From contig NW_021826431.1 of assembly GCF_006345805.1 (NCBI RefSeq), forward strand, positions 1 to 12,943: a stretch of DNA of 12,943 nt, in the 5' to 3' direction. This stretch comes from Octopus sinensis (Eukaryota). A program made the position numbers and the translations under genes. The notes below the pieces were generated by a model, which did not search any database, was not told the DNA's origin, and was given only the letters and a program-made list of their open reading frames with translations. Below are positions 1 through 8,392 of the stretch, piece by piece; position 1 is the stretch's first letter, and each line of letters starts with the position of its first letter.

Positions 1-100
1 ATTATTATTATTATTCTTATTGTTAGTATTATTATATTATTATATTATTTTATTATTACTATTATTATTATTGTTATATTATTATTATTATTATTATTAA

Positions 101-135
<35 letters not shown>

Positions 136-252
136 TTATTATTATTAATCTATTATTTATTATACTTTATAATTATTACTTATTATTCTTATTATTATTA
201 TTCTTATTTTATTACTATTATTATTATTATTATTATTATTTTATTATTATTA
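1..252. repeat. Degenerate (ATT)n microsatellite
   Basis: Continuous ATT units with scattered substitutions and single-base dropouts. Confidence 0.95.
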
Positions 253-308
253 TGGATCGTTCAAGGCACTAGGCCAAAGCCAAGCTGGAGTACCTCCCTC
301 TCATTCAA

Positions 309-671
309 ATATATGTACACATTTATATTATATGTGTGTGTGTGTAAGGTGCGTTTGTGTGTGTATAGACATACATACATTTAATATAAATGTATAATGT
401 ATATAAATATATATATATATTATATATATATATATATATATGTATATACATATATATTACATATATATACACAACATATATATATACATATATACATATA
501 TATTATAATGTATTATGTATATAAGTATGTATGAACATATATATATATAACATATATATGTGTGTGTGTGTGTTGTATATATGTATATATGTGTTATTAA
601 TGCATATATATATATTATATATATATATATATATATGTATATAATACCACACACACACGAACACACATATG
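309..671. repeat. Compound (TA)n/(TG)n/(CA)n microsatellite
   Basis: Seen directly. It explains the I/Y/H/T-rich ORFs 457..666 and 503..688. Confidence 0.95.
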
Positions 672-699
672 TAAGTCCTACAAATCACGGGTTACCTAT

Positions 700-1050
700 T
701 CGTTTGCCTGTGTAGCAACTTGGGCAAGGTCGTCTACTCTAGGCTCGGGCTGACCAAGGCCTTGTGAATCGATTTGGTAGACGGAAACTGAAAGAAGCCC
801 GTAGTACACACACATGTTTGAGTTTGTATGTATATCTATGTGTGTGTGTTTGTCTCCTCATCCTGTGTTAGTGTGTTTACGTCTCCATAACCTAGTGGTT
901 CGGTTAAAAGAGTCCGATAGAATAAGTACGAGACTTAGAAATGAAGTCCTGGGTTCGATTTCTTCGACTAAAAACCCTTTAAGGCGGTGCTCCAGCATGG
1001 CTGCAGTCAAATGACTGAAACAAGTAAAAGAGTAGAATAAAAGAATAAGA
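700..1050 (+). mobile_element. SINE family A copy, tRNA head decayed or absent, with internal (TG)n and purine-rich tail
   Basis: Collinear with the reverse complement of 8731-9240 (acggaaac.gaaagaagcccgt; gtgtttacgtc; aaggcggtgc.ccagcatggct.cagtc; ctgaaacaa). Ends in gtaaaagagtagaataaaagaa. The 5' boundary is approximate. Confidence 0.8.
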
Positions 1051-1084
1051 TACATGCATATATACGTATCTATAATTTCTAGAC

Positions 1085-1421
1085 ATACGCAATCATAAAC
1101 GTAACCGTGCACACACACACACACACACACCAACACACACACATATACACACCACACACATCATACACACACACACCCATACACAATCATGCACACACAC
1201 AAACATCCACACATACCAGACATACGCACACATATGCACCACAACCATACACACACACATCCATACACAATCATGCACACACCAACACACCATACACAAC
1301 ATACACACACACCCACCTATACCACAATCATGCACACCACAAAACATCCAACACATACACAGACATACGCAACACATTACACACACACACACACACCCAT
1401 ACACACAATCATACACACACA
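1085..1421. repeat. CA-rich degenerate minisatellite with recurring acaatcat(g/a)cac unit
   Basis: The unit recurs near 1183, 1267, 1326 and 1405 within (CA)n. It explains the H/T- and C/V-rich ORFs. Confidence 0.9.
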
Positions 1422-1905
1422 TCCTCTATCTCTCCATCTCCATTGTTCCAAACGCCTATTTTTCCCTTCCCATTGTTAAATTCTCCTCCTCCCCCTCATT
1501 TTCCTTATATTCTCTTCACAATATATAACCATCAATACTTTTATGCTCTTCTAATTTTTATAGCAATCTTTCTTAAGTTATTTTTTTCTTATTTCGCCCC
1601 ATTATCTTCTTTTTTCTTCTTCTTGTTTCTTTCTTTGCTTCTCCTCCTCCTTCATCTTGTTTCATTTTGTTTCATTTTGTTTTATTTTCTCGTCTCATTT
1701 CCTCCATTTTCTTCTCCTATTTCTTCTCTCCCTCCTTTCTTCTTCTTCTTCTTTCTTCTTCTTCTGCTTCTACTCGCTCCTCCCCCTTCTTCCACTTTTG
1801 TCGTTGTGTGTCTTGCTTCTTCCTCCTACTCTTTTCTTCTTACTCCCCTTCTTCTCGCTCCCCCACTCCTCCTCTTCTCCTCCCCCTCTGCCTCCTCCTC
1901 CTCTT
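1422..1905. repeat. Polypyrimidine low-complexity tract, (CTT)n/(CCT)n
   Basis: Almost pure C/T on the + strand. It explains the F/L/S/P-rich part of ORF 1107..1976. Confidence 0.9.
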
Positions 1906-2369
1906 TACACCCAAGCCCTCTCCGTCGCCAACTAGATGCTGAACAAGCCAAAACCTCCCGTGGAGTTTTTGGTTAGGACACAATGTCAGTCTACTGTCGG
2001 AGCTATTCACGAAATTCTCAAAACTAACAATTGCCAATGGTTTTCCTCGATTGATCTTATCTTCAACTTAAAGTAGTAAAGAAGCGAACTACAAATATCT
2101 TAGAAACGACGACTGGAGTACAAACAATTGTTCCGCTTCTAAGATACCTGGAAGTCAAAACAGGTTTCAACCTTTCCTCCATCACACTCACCCACCACCT
2201 CTCTCTCTCTCTCCGCGATCAATATCTAAAGATGGCACACGGCCAGTATTTCGATTAAATCAGACAGGAGAGATAACAACATGCTAATCAACGCTGTAGC
2301 TAAAGGACATCTGAACTGACCCGTCGACAAGGAAGGCATTTTTAGAAAATTTAGTTCCCCCCAAAAAGT

Positions 2370-2373
<4 letters not shown>

Positions 2374-2411
<38 letters not shown>

Positions 2412-2474
2412 TAATAGAAAAAAATAAGAAGAAGAAGAAGAATGATAATGATAATAATAATAACAAAACAACAA
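2374..2474. repeat. Compound (TAA)n-(GAA)n-(TGA/TAA)n-(CAA)n microsatellite
   Basis: Seen directly. Confidence 0.9.
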
Positions 2475-2672
2475 CCGGCGAAATGCGTAGCCGTATTTCG
2501 TCTGCCGTTACGTCTGAGTTCAAATTCCGCGAGGTCGACTTTGCCTTTCATCCTTTCGGGTCGTAAATTAAGTTACCAGTTACGCACTGGGGTCGATGTA
2601 ATCGACTTAATCCGTTTGTCTGACCTTGTTTGTCCCTTCTATGTTTAGCCCCTTGTGGGTAGTAAAGAAATA
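2475..2672 (+). mobile_element. SINE family B copy, 5'-truncated
   Basis: Near-identical to 12309-12509 and to the reverse complement of 6630-6830. Has a B-box-like gagttcaaattcc, core gaggtcgactttgcctttcatcctttcgg and tail gtttagccccttgtgggt.gtaaagaaata. Confidence 0.9.
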
Positions 2673-2700
2673 TATAACAATAATAATAATAATAATAATG

Positions 2701-2919
2701 ATAATCCTTTCAACAATAGGGACAAGGCCTGAAATTTGGGGTGGGGAGGGACTAGTTGATTACGTAGACCCTAGAATTTCACTGGTATTTAATTTAACGA
2801 CCACGAAAGGATAAAAAGCAAAGTCGATCTCGCGGAATTTGAACTCAGAACGTAGCGATGGGTGAAATACTGCTAAACATTCATGCAGCGTGCCAACGAA
2901 TCTTCCAGCACACCACCTT
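2701..2919 (-). mobile_element. SINE family B variant, more diverged, with a different 3' tail
   Basis: The minus strand reads aaggtggtgtgctggaagattcgttggcacg...ctacgttctgagttcaaattccgcgagatcgactttgctttttatcctttcg. It ends in tcccctccccaccccaaatttcaggccttgtccctattgttgaaaggattat followed by (TTA)n. Confidence 0.85.
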
Positions 2920-2983
2920 AATGATGATGATGATGATAATAATAACAACCATATAATAATAATAATATAATAATAATAATAAT

Positions 2984-3404
2984 TGTTAGTTGTTTGACCA
3001 TAACCAGTTGAGCATGTCCTTAGTGGCTGACGATATGTGCATTTCTGATCACGAGCAGAAGTAGTGGGGGAGCATCATAGCCATGTGTTGAGAGGGATCT
3101 TTGGGGTTTGAATAATTCACCTCTGGAAACATGGTTGTTTCGTTCAACATCCTTAAACAGCCCTTATTTAGGGACCTTTTGAACCAGATGGGTTACTCGA
3201 CCAGAAGAAAATTCTAACTGGGCCCCACCTGCAAGGTCTGCACTGTTTATCTTGATATGAGATCACCATGTCGCGCACATATGGTTGTGAGCATGTGCCT
3301 GGTGTACCTTTATCAGACGGGGAGTCATGATGGGTATACTGGGCTTCGTATATTTTACCCCAGTGTCACTTTGATGGCATGCACTGCTCTCTCATTCCAT
3401 ATAC

Positions 3405-3435
<31 letters not shown>
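2984..3435 (+). mobile_element. Probable 3' UTR of a 5'-truncated non-LTR retrotransposon inserted in (TAA)n
   Basis: A complex ~420 bp segment bounded by (TAA)n on both sides, ending gcactgctctctcattcc...(taa)n. Recalled as a common octopus repeat. It shows no coding similarity, so the clade is inferred only. Confidence 0.55.
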
Positions 3436-3436
<1 letters not shown>

Positions 3437-3660
3437 TGAGAAGAGCATTGTCGATGTGAGAATTATTCACTACCCATGTATTTTAATTAACTTAAAAAAA
3501 AAATTAATGAACATTATTGAGTTTGGTTTGATGGCCTACCGGGTGTGTACTATGAGTTTCTTTTGCCTAGTTGTCGGAAGACACTCGGCAAGAAATGGAA
3601 GCAAATTTGAAGAGGAAAAAATAAAAGTAATAATAATAATAATAATAATAATATAATAAT
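3434..3660 (+). mobile_element. Extreme 3' end of a second non-LTR retrotransposon (last codons, 3' UTR, (TAA)n tail)
   Basis: ttg aga aga gca ttg tcg atg tga gives LRRALSM*, resembling the ILRRxLS* C-terminus of R4/Dong-like restriction-like endonuclease (RLE) elements. About 170 bp of UTR and (TAA)n follow. Confidence 0.45.
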
Positions 3661-3670
3661 TAGAGAGAGA

Positions 3671-3940
3671 GAAATGAAGAAAACGGATACAAAGACCAGA
3701 GAAATGTTGACAGTACACGGAACCTTCCACCTTAAGAGTGATACCGAAAGGCTATACTTGTCCTGAAGAAAAGGTGGGAGAGGCTTGATAAGTTGCCAGA
3801 ACTGTATCGAAGCAGAGAAAAACAGCCTTGGGTAGTATATAAAAAATGCTGTAGATTCATTGTTGAAACATACGAAGAAGGCCGGCGTCATCAAAACTGA
3901 AAATTGTGTAACTAAAGAAAAATTTAAACAAGAAATGAAC
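3671..3940 (+). pseudogene. R4/Dong-like (RLE-type) LINE reverse transcriptase C-terminal/thumb fragment
   Basis: One frame reads EMKKTDTKTREMLTVHGTFHLKSDTERLYLS*RKGGRGLISCQNCIEAEKNSLG*YIKNAVDSLLKH. The HxKSDxxRLYLxRxxGGRGL motif is typical of this group. Two in-frame stops. Confidence 0.85.
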
Positions 3941-3995
3941 TGCTGTGTGGTAAGTAGCTTGTTTACGAACCACATGGTTCCGGGTTCAGTCCCCC
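3941..3995 (+). mobile_element. Isolated tRNA-derived head of SINE family A
   Basis: gctgtgtggtaagtagcttgtttacgaaccacatggttccgggttcagtccc matches the reverse complement of 9199-9240. It has A-box-like and B-box-like (ggttcagtcc) motifs. Confidence 0.8.
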
Positions 3996-4002
3996 ATTCT
4001 TA

Positions 4003-4115
4003 TTTATACACACAAACATATATACATACATATATGTACAACACTTATATATACAAATATACATGTATAAAGACATGCATCACACACACACACGCGCATA
4101 CACCTACCACACATA
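4003..4115. repeat. (TA)/(CA)-rich microsatellite
   Basis: Seen directly. Confidence 0.85.
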
Positions 4116-4180
4116 ATCATTTACTATGCACTTCTCAAAAAGAGCTACTAATAGTTTCATGTTGTAATATGGGTATATAT

Positions 4181-4461
4181 CATCGTGATCACCGTGACCG
4201 ACCAGGCTATCAGATTTGTTACATCTCGCTGGTCACAATGCGCTTCAAATGACGCCAACCCCGCTGGCTAAGCGAGCAGGCCAACAGAATAAAGAGTGAG
4301 AGAAAGTTTTGGCGAAAGCGTACAACAGGGATCACCACCCACGCCCTGCCGGAGCTTCGTGGAGCTTTAGGTGTTCTCGCTCAATAAACACTCACAAAGC
4401 CCGGTCTGGGAATCGAAACCGCGAGTCCGCTGCCCTAACCACTGGGCCATTGCGCCTCCAC
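4181..4461 (-). mobile_element. Full-length SINE family C copy with 14-bp target-site duplication
   Basis: The minus strand starts tggaggcgcaatggcccagtggttagggcagcggactcgcggtttcgattccc (A box and B box). Homologous to 10811-11073. ATATGGGTATATAT occurs at both 4167-4180 and 4462-4475. Confidence 0.9.
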
Positions 4462-4475
4462 ATATGGGTATATAT

Positions 4476-4621
4476 ACATATGTATATGTATATATATATG
4501 TCTGTGTGTGTGTGTGTGTATGTATATGTGCATATATGTATGCATGTATGTATTATATATATACTTATATATCACATATATTATATATTATATATATTTA
4601 TACATATGTACATATACATAT
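4476..4621. repeat. (TA)n/(TG)n microsatellite
   Basis: Seen directly. Confidence 0.9.
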
Positions 4622-4842
4622 AACAAGTAAGATGAAGATTTGGATAGAATCAGGTAATTGAAAAGGTATGCACCAGGTAGGGTTGGGTAATCTCTGTGGT
4701 TGAGGCCTATGGTTGGTGCGAGTCAAAATATTAGATATTTCGGTTCTGCGTACTGAGAAAACCAGCCCTATGAGTACTTTGTGCCTAGGAGGCTGGTCCA
4801 AATCACGCGTTACTTTGAATTGTACGTTGTTGGTATACTCTA

Positions 4843-4890
4843 AGGTGACTCACCAAACTACGGCCCGCGAAGATAGTTCATCCGGACAGC
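4843..4890 (+). mobile_element. Possible hAT (Charlie-like) terminal remnant abutting the transposase break
   Basis: tcaccaaactacggcccgcg...atccgg resembles the CAGGGGTCxxCAAACTACGGCCCGCG terminus of Charlie-type hATs, from memory. The terminal bases are degenerate and no partner end was found. Confidence 0.45.
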
Positions 4891-5867
4891 TCTGCCTCCC
4901 CATAAGCAAAGGAAGCATGGATACTTTGCGTATCCCCCTTGCAAGCCAAGCAAGAAGGCAAGCAACTTGATATACCACAAACATCCCACTTGAACTCAGC
5001 GTAATTTATTTTGTCGAGAATTCCTTTGACATTATCGTAATTTCTTTCTTCTGTATGGAGTATGCAAGAAGCAAAGAAGGATATTTATTTCCATTGTGGA
5101 GCAACATTGCTTTGAGAGACTTCATATTGAGATATCTATGAAGAGCAGCCATTCTGCAGAAGCATGCTTGAGCCCAATAGCAGTAAACAAACCAATCACA
5201 TCTTTACAATAACACAGATCATTACTATTTTCATAGTAAATTTCAAATTCTTCATGGTGTTTCCGGTACACAGATGTCTTTCAGTCTTCCTCTAGTAGAT
5301 TCCATTCCTTCAACTTTGATGAAAGAAGTTCAGCTTCTGACTTAGTAAGATCCAGATCCCTGATTTGTAAAGTGAAGCTCTGAAGCCGGTCTTGGTACGA
5401 AAACGTCCTCCATTTCTTGGCTGCTGTTACATGTTGATTCTTCAGATGAAATATTTTCTAATGGTAGTGGTACTCGTAAACTGTTATCATGTGTGACAGG
5501 TGCTCTAGATGATGGTATGTCTGGATACTGAAGATCTTGTCTTTCTTTCACTTTTCTGTACTTTGTCACATACAAAAGTAACAATCATCGTGATGGTTCT
5601 TTGCTCTCTCCATACCCTTGAATGGCAAAAGGCATTGACGTTCCTGTACCTCTTAACCTTTTCTAGAGTAGATCGATAGCTTTCCACATATCACATGTGG
5701 GCCCATGGTTTGTCCTGGTCACCCATGGGCATTCCGGAATAGAGTCCTGTATGTTATCCACAATTTAGCACCTTTCACGATCTTATGTAATACCTGCTTT
5801 TTCCAATATAATAACCACACACATAGCCAAATGTATCTGGAGAATTTTTACACACTCTAGTAGCCAT
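4888..5867 (-). pseudogene. Chapaev3-type transposase, N-terminal ~330 codons, multiply frameshifted
   Basis: Manual translation across frameshifts: MATRVCKNSPDTFGYVCGYYIG/KQVLHKIVKGAKLWITY/LYSGMPMGDQDKPW(A)/PHVICG/SYRSTLE/LRGTGTSMPFAI/RVWREQ/NHHDDCYFCM/VTKYRKVKERQDLQYPDIPSSRAPVTHDNSLRVP...HFTNQ/IRDLDLTKSEAELLSSKLKEWNLLEED*KTSVYRKHHEEFEIYYENSNDLCYCKDVIGLFTAIGLKHASAEWLLFIDIS/LKAMLLHNGNKYPSLLLAYSIQKKE/YDNVKGILDKINYAEFKWDVCG/IKLLAFLLGLQGGYAKYPCFLCLWGGRA. GDQDKxWAPH, WRE..HxxDCYFC, RDLxLxK..AELL, LFID, LLHNGN and GLQGGYxKYPCFLCLW are family motifs. Confidence 0.9.
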
Positions 5868-6099
5868 CCTAAAAGTAACAAAACTTAGTAATTAGTCTGA
5901 AAGAGAAAATTAGACATACATTTAGTAGCGGAACATTATAACAATACCGAATATAGAATAAGATTGAAAGTCGACAAATTGTTTTAACTGTTGATGATAC
6001 ACAAAAAATAATTTCCTTTTTGGAATCAGCAGAAAAAATGGATTGATAAACAATTAAAAAAATACAATTAACAATTTTTTTTAAAATTGTTACGTTGTG
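4888..6099 (-). mobile_element. Chapaev3-type (CMC superfamily) DNA transposon, 3'-truncated
   Basis: The minus strand reads tta|CACAACGTAACAATTTT at 6099. A CAC terminus and TWA flank are expected for Chapaev3. A subterminal tgctgattccaaa lies at about 6019-6031 and the transposase ATG at 5867. No second terminus was seen. Confidence 0.8.
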
Positions 6100-6294
6100 T
6101 AATAAGAACAAACGATGGATAATTGTCAACTCATTACAGCTGTTTCTTACGTGACCTTTTAATAGAATAATGAGAACATTACATCATTATAAAGGCCGTA
6201 ATCGTCAGAAATAATTTTTACAAAGCAAAAGAATATGCCCATAATACAACCAGGACGTGGCTAGAGTCTGTCGAGGCCAACTGGGAAATGGAAG

Positions 6295-6418
6295 AATGAG
6301 CATCCATTTTGGCCGTTACGTAAAGAAAAGGGTGTCATATGATATGCAAGGTTAGTGACCCGGGCTAGAAGGAGTCTGCTAGGCTAGATCATCGGTAGAC
6401 TGGAGTGGGGTGTGGGAG
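6295..6418 (+). repeat. Left arm of a diverged ~125-bp inverted repeat (partner 7246-7374)
   Basis: 6342-6418 against the reverse complement of 7246-7323 gives 65 of 78 aligned positions identical by hand count. Weaker similarity extends out to aatgagca..attttggc. Confidence 0.85.
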
Positions 6419-6629
6419 ATAATTTATAGAAGGCATCGCATAGTGGTAAGTAAGGAGAGATAATAAAACAATTAAGGATAAAGGAAGGGGAAAAGATAAA
6501 AGGGCTGAAGGGAAAATAAAACCTAAAAGTAAAAGAAAAATTAAAGAATATAAGCCAGTCAGGTAAAGGGTCAGGGTATAGGGATCACTAGCTAATGGTA
6601 AGAGACCAGCGGAGGGAGACAGAAATATA

Positions 6630-6846
6630 TATTTCTTTATTACCCACAAGGGGCTAAACACAGAGAGGACAAACAAGGACAGACAAACGGATTAAGGCGA
6701 TTACATCGACCCCAGTACGTAACTGGTACGTAATTTATCGACCCCAAAAGGGTGAAAGGCAAAGTCGACCTCGGCGGAATTTGAACTCTGAACGTAACGA
6801 CAGACGAAATACTGCTAAGCATTTCGCCCGGCGCGCTAACGATTCT
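6630..6846 (-). mobile_element. SINE family B copy, first ~15 nt of head missing
   Basis: The reverse complement aligns end to end with 12295-12509. Confidence 0.9.
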
Positions 6847-7245
6847 ATTCTGTGGATTAAAGTTGAAAGTAGGAGGGTGTGTTTTTTGGCTATCGAAAAT
6901 CAAACTTTTAACGGAAATGAAAATTCTAGTAAAGAATAGTGTTACCTAGTGGTAAGAAGTTTAATGAGGGAAGGGGTTATTATATATAATGAACTACGAC
7001 CTGGCACGAAGTTAGAGGAAAATAGCTGATCGGATATGACGGAAGGCCGGCGGTATGGAGTATTCTAAAGAATAACTATGGAATGTAACATGGGTGGCGA
7101 TGAATAGGAACGTATTAACACTTTAGTGTGAAAATAGGGCAAGGGTTTGGATAGTGTGTGTCCCATCTACTATATAAAGCCCTGGTCAAAAACTGTATGT
7201 TGGTGTAAGGAGTACATAGCTCGTAGAAAAGGAAACGTACTGTAA

Positions 7246-7374
7246 CTCCCACACACCACTCCAGCTTACATATGATCTAGCTTAGCTGACTCTTTCTAGT
7301 CCGGGTCCCTGATCTTAGCATATTATATTACACTCTTTTTTTTTTTACCTAAACAGCCAAAATAGCTGCTCATT
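7246..7374 (-). repeat. Right arm of the inverted repeat (partner 6295-6418)
   Basis: The reverse complement reads aatgagcagctattttggctg...gacccggactagaaagagtcagctaagctagatcat...ctggagtggtgtgtgggag. Confidence 0.85.
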
Positions 7375-8056
7375 TATATTACATGCCATGTGTCTCGAAA
7401 TAATCTTTCAGGCCCAGTGCATTTCGTTAGACCTATTTGGAAACTAGGACGCTGGTTTATGTGAAAGCATTAAAAAAAAAAGAGAAGAGAAAAAGCTTTA
7501 TGCTGTAAGTGAATCTAGAAGAAAGAAGAGAGAAGTAAGGAATGGTGGATAAAAATTTCTTTTTAGACCCAAGAATTCCACCATACAACTTAATTCCAGA
7601 TCCGAAATCTTTAGCATATGCAAGCACATGGACAAGTTTCTTTTGTTGAACTGGAGGACATCAACTGCTCCGGATTGAATAGGTAAATCACAAACCTTGG
7701 CTCCCTGTCCTTTATATTATTCTACACTAGCTAGTTCTATTCTGATTTCTAAAGATGAAAAGGACGAAGATTGTAGTTTCTTCTCTTTTCTTTCTCTTCG
7801 TTTCATTTATTGTATCAACTTCCTTCCTGTTTTTTCTAATGTTTTCTCCTGATTTCCAAATAGAGCAACGGCATAAGCTGAACCTGGAAGATTACTTCAA
7901 GAGACATGGCATGTTATATGAATCTGACAAACTATTGTATCTCTACAACATGGAACTATTAGTGGCTGTCTTTTAGATTATCAATATTAAATGATATTTG
8001 TCTCTCACTGGATGCGGTACTTTTTAGTTGAATCTACTTACAACAAAACAATAATC

Positions 8057-8204
8057 TATACACATAACATACATACGTGCGTACATGCATGCACACATAT
8101 ATACGTAAATTCATACATACATGCATACATACATACATGCGTACATACGTACGTTATTCGCGCGTATATACATACACACACATATTCATATATACATAAA
8201 TATA
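8057..8204. repeat. (CATA)n/(CA)n-type degenerate microsatellite
   Basis: Seen directly. Confidence 0.85.
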
Positions 8205-8392
8205 TCACGATCACGTGACCGTCCAGGGTATCAGATGTTGTTACACTTCGCTGGTCACAATGCATTTTTGGCGAGCAGACCAACATTCCCCACTGATCGA
8301 AAGGGTTGTGGAGCTGGAGTAACGTGAATGAAATGTTTTGCTCAAGAACACAACACGCCGCCCAATTAGGGAATCGAACCCTCGATCTCATT
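8203..8392 (-). mobile_element. Diverged SINE related to family C (same 3' tail, variant body)
   Basis: The minus strand has B box ggttcgattccc, body tgttgtgttcttgagcaaaacatttcattcacg and tail gcattgtgaccagcgaagtgtaacaacatctgata...ggtcacgtgatcgtgata, shared with 4181-4240 and 11007-11073. Confidence 0.8.

Noticed and set aside
1175-1421. Regularly recurring motif with variable spacers, superficially CRISPR-like
   Set aside because: The spacers are themselves CA repeats, the context is eukaryotic and there are no cas genes. It is a degenerate minisatellite.
1107-1976. Longest ORF (289 aa), His/Thr-rich then hydrophobic, superficially like a membrane protein
   Set aside because: It is a translation of (CA)n and polypyrimidine repeats that happen to lack stops. 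No domain is recognisable.
7171-7179. TATA-box-like TATATAAAG
   Set aside because: Expected by chance in AT-rich DNA, with no supported downstream gene or LTR pair.
7250-7312. Minus-strand translation QGPGLERVS*ARSYVSWSG resembling the Gypsy integrase GHPG..ARSYVWWPG motif
   Set aside because: It is short, lacks the His and downstream Cys residues, contains a stop, and has no flanking pol similarity.
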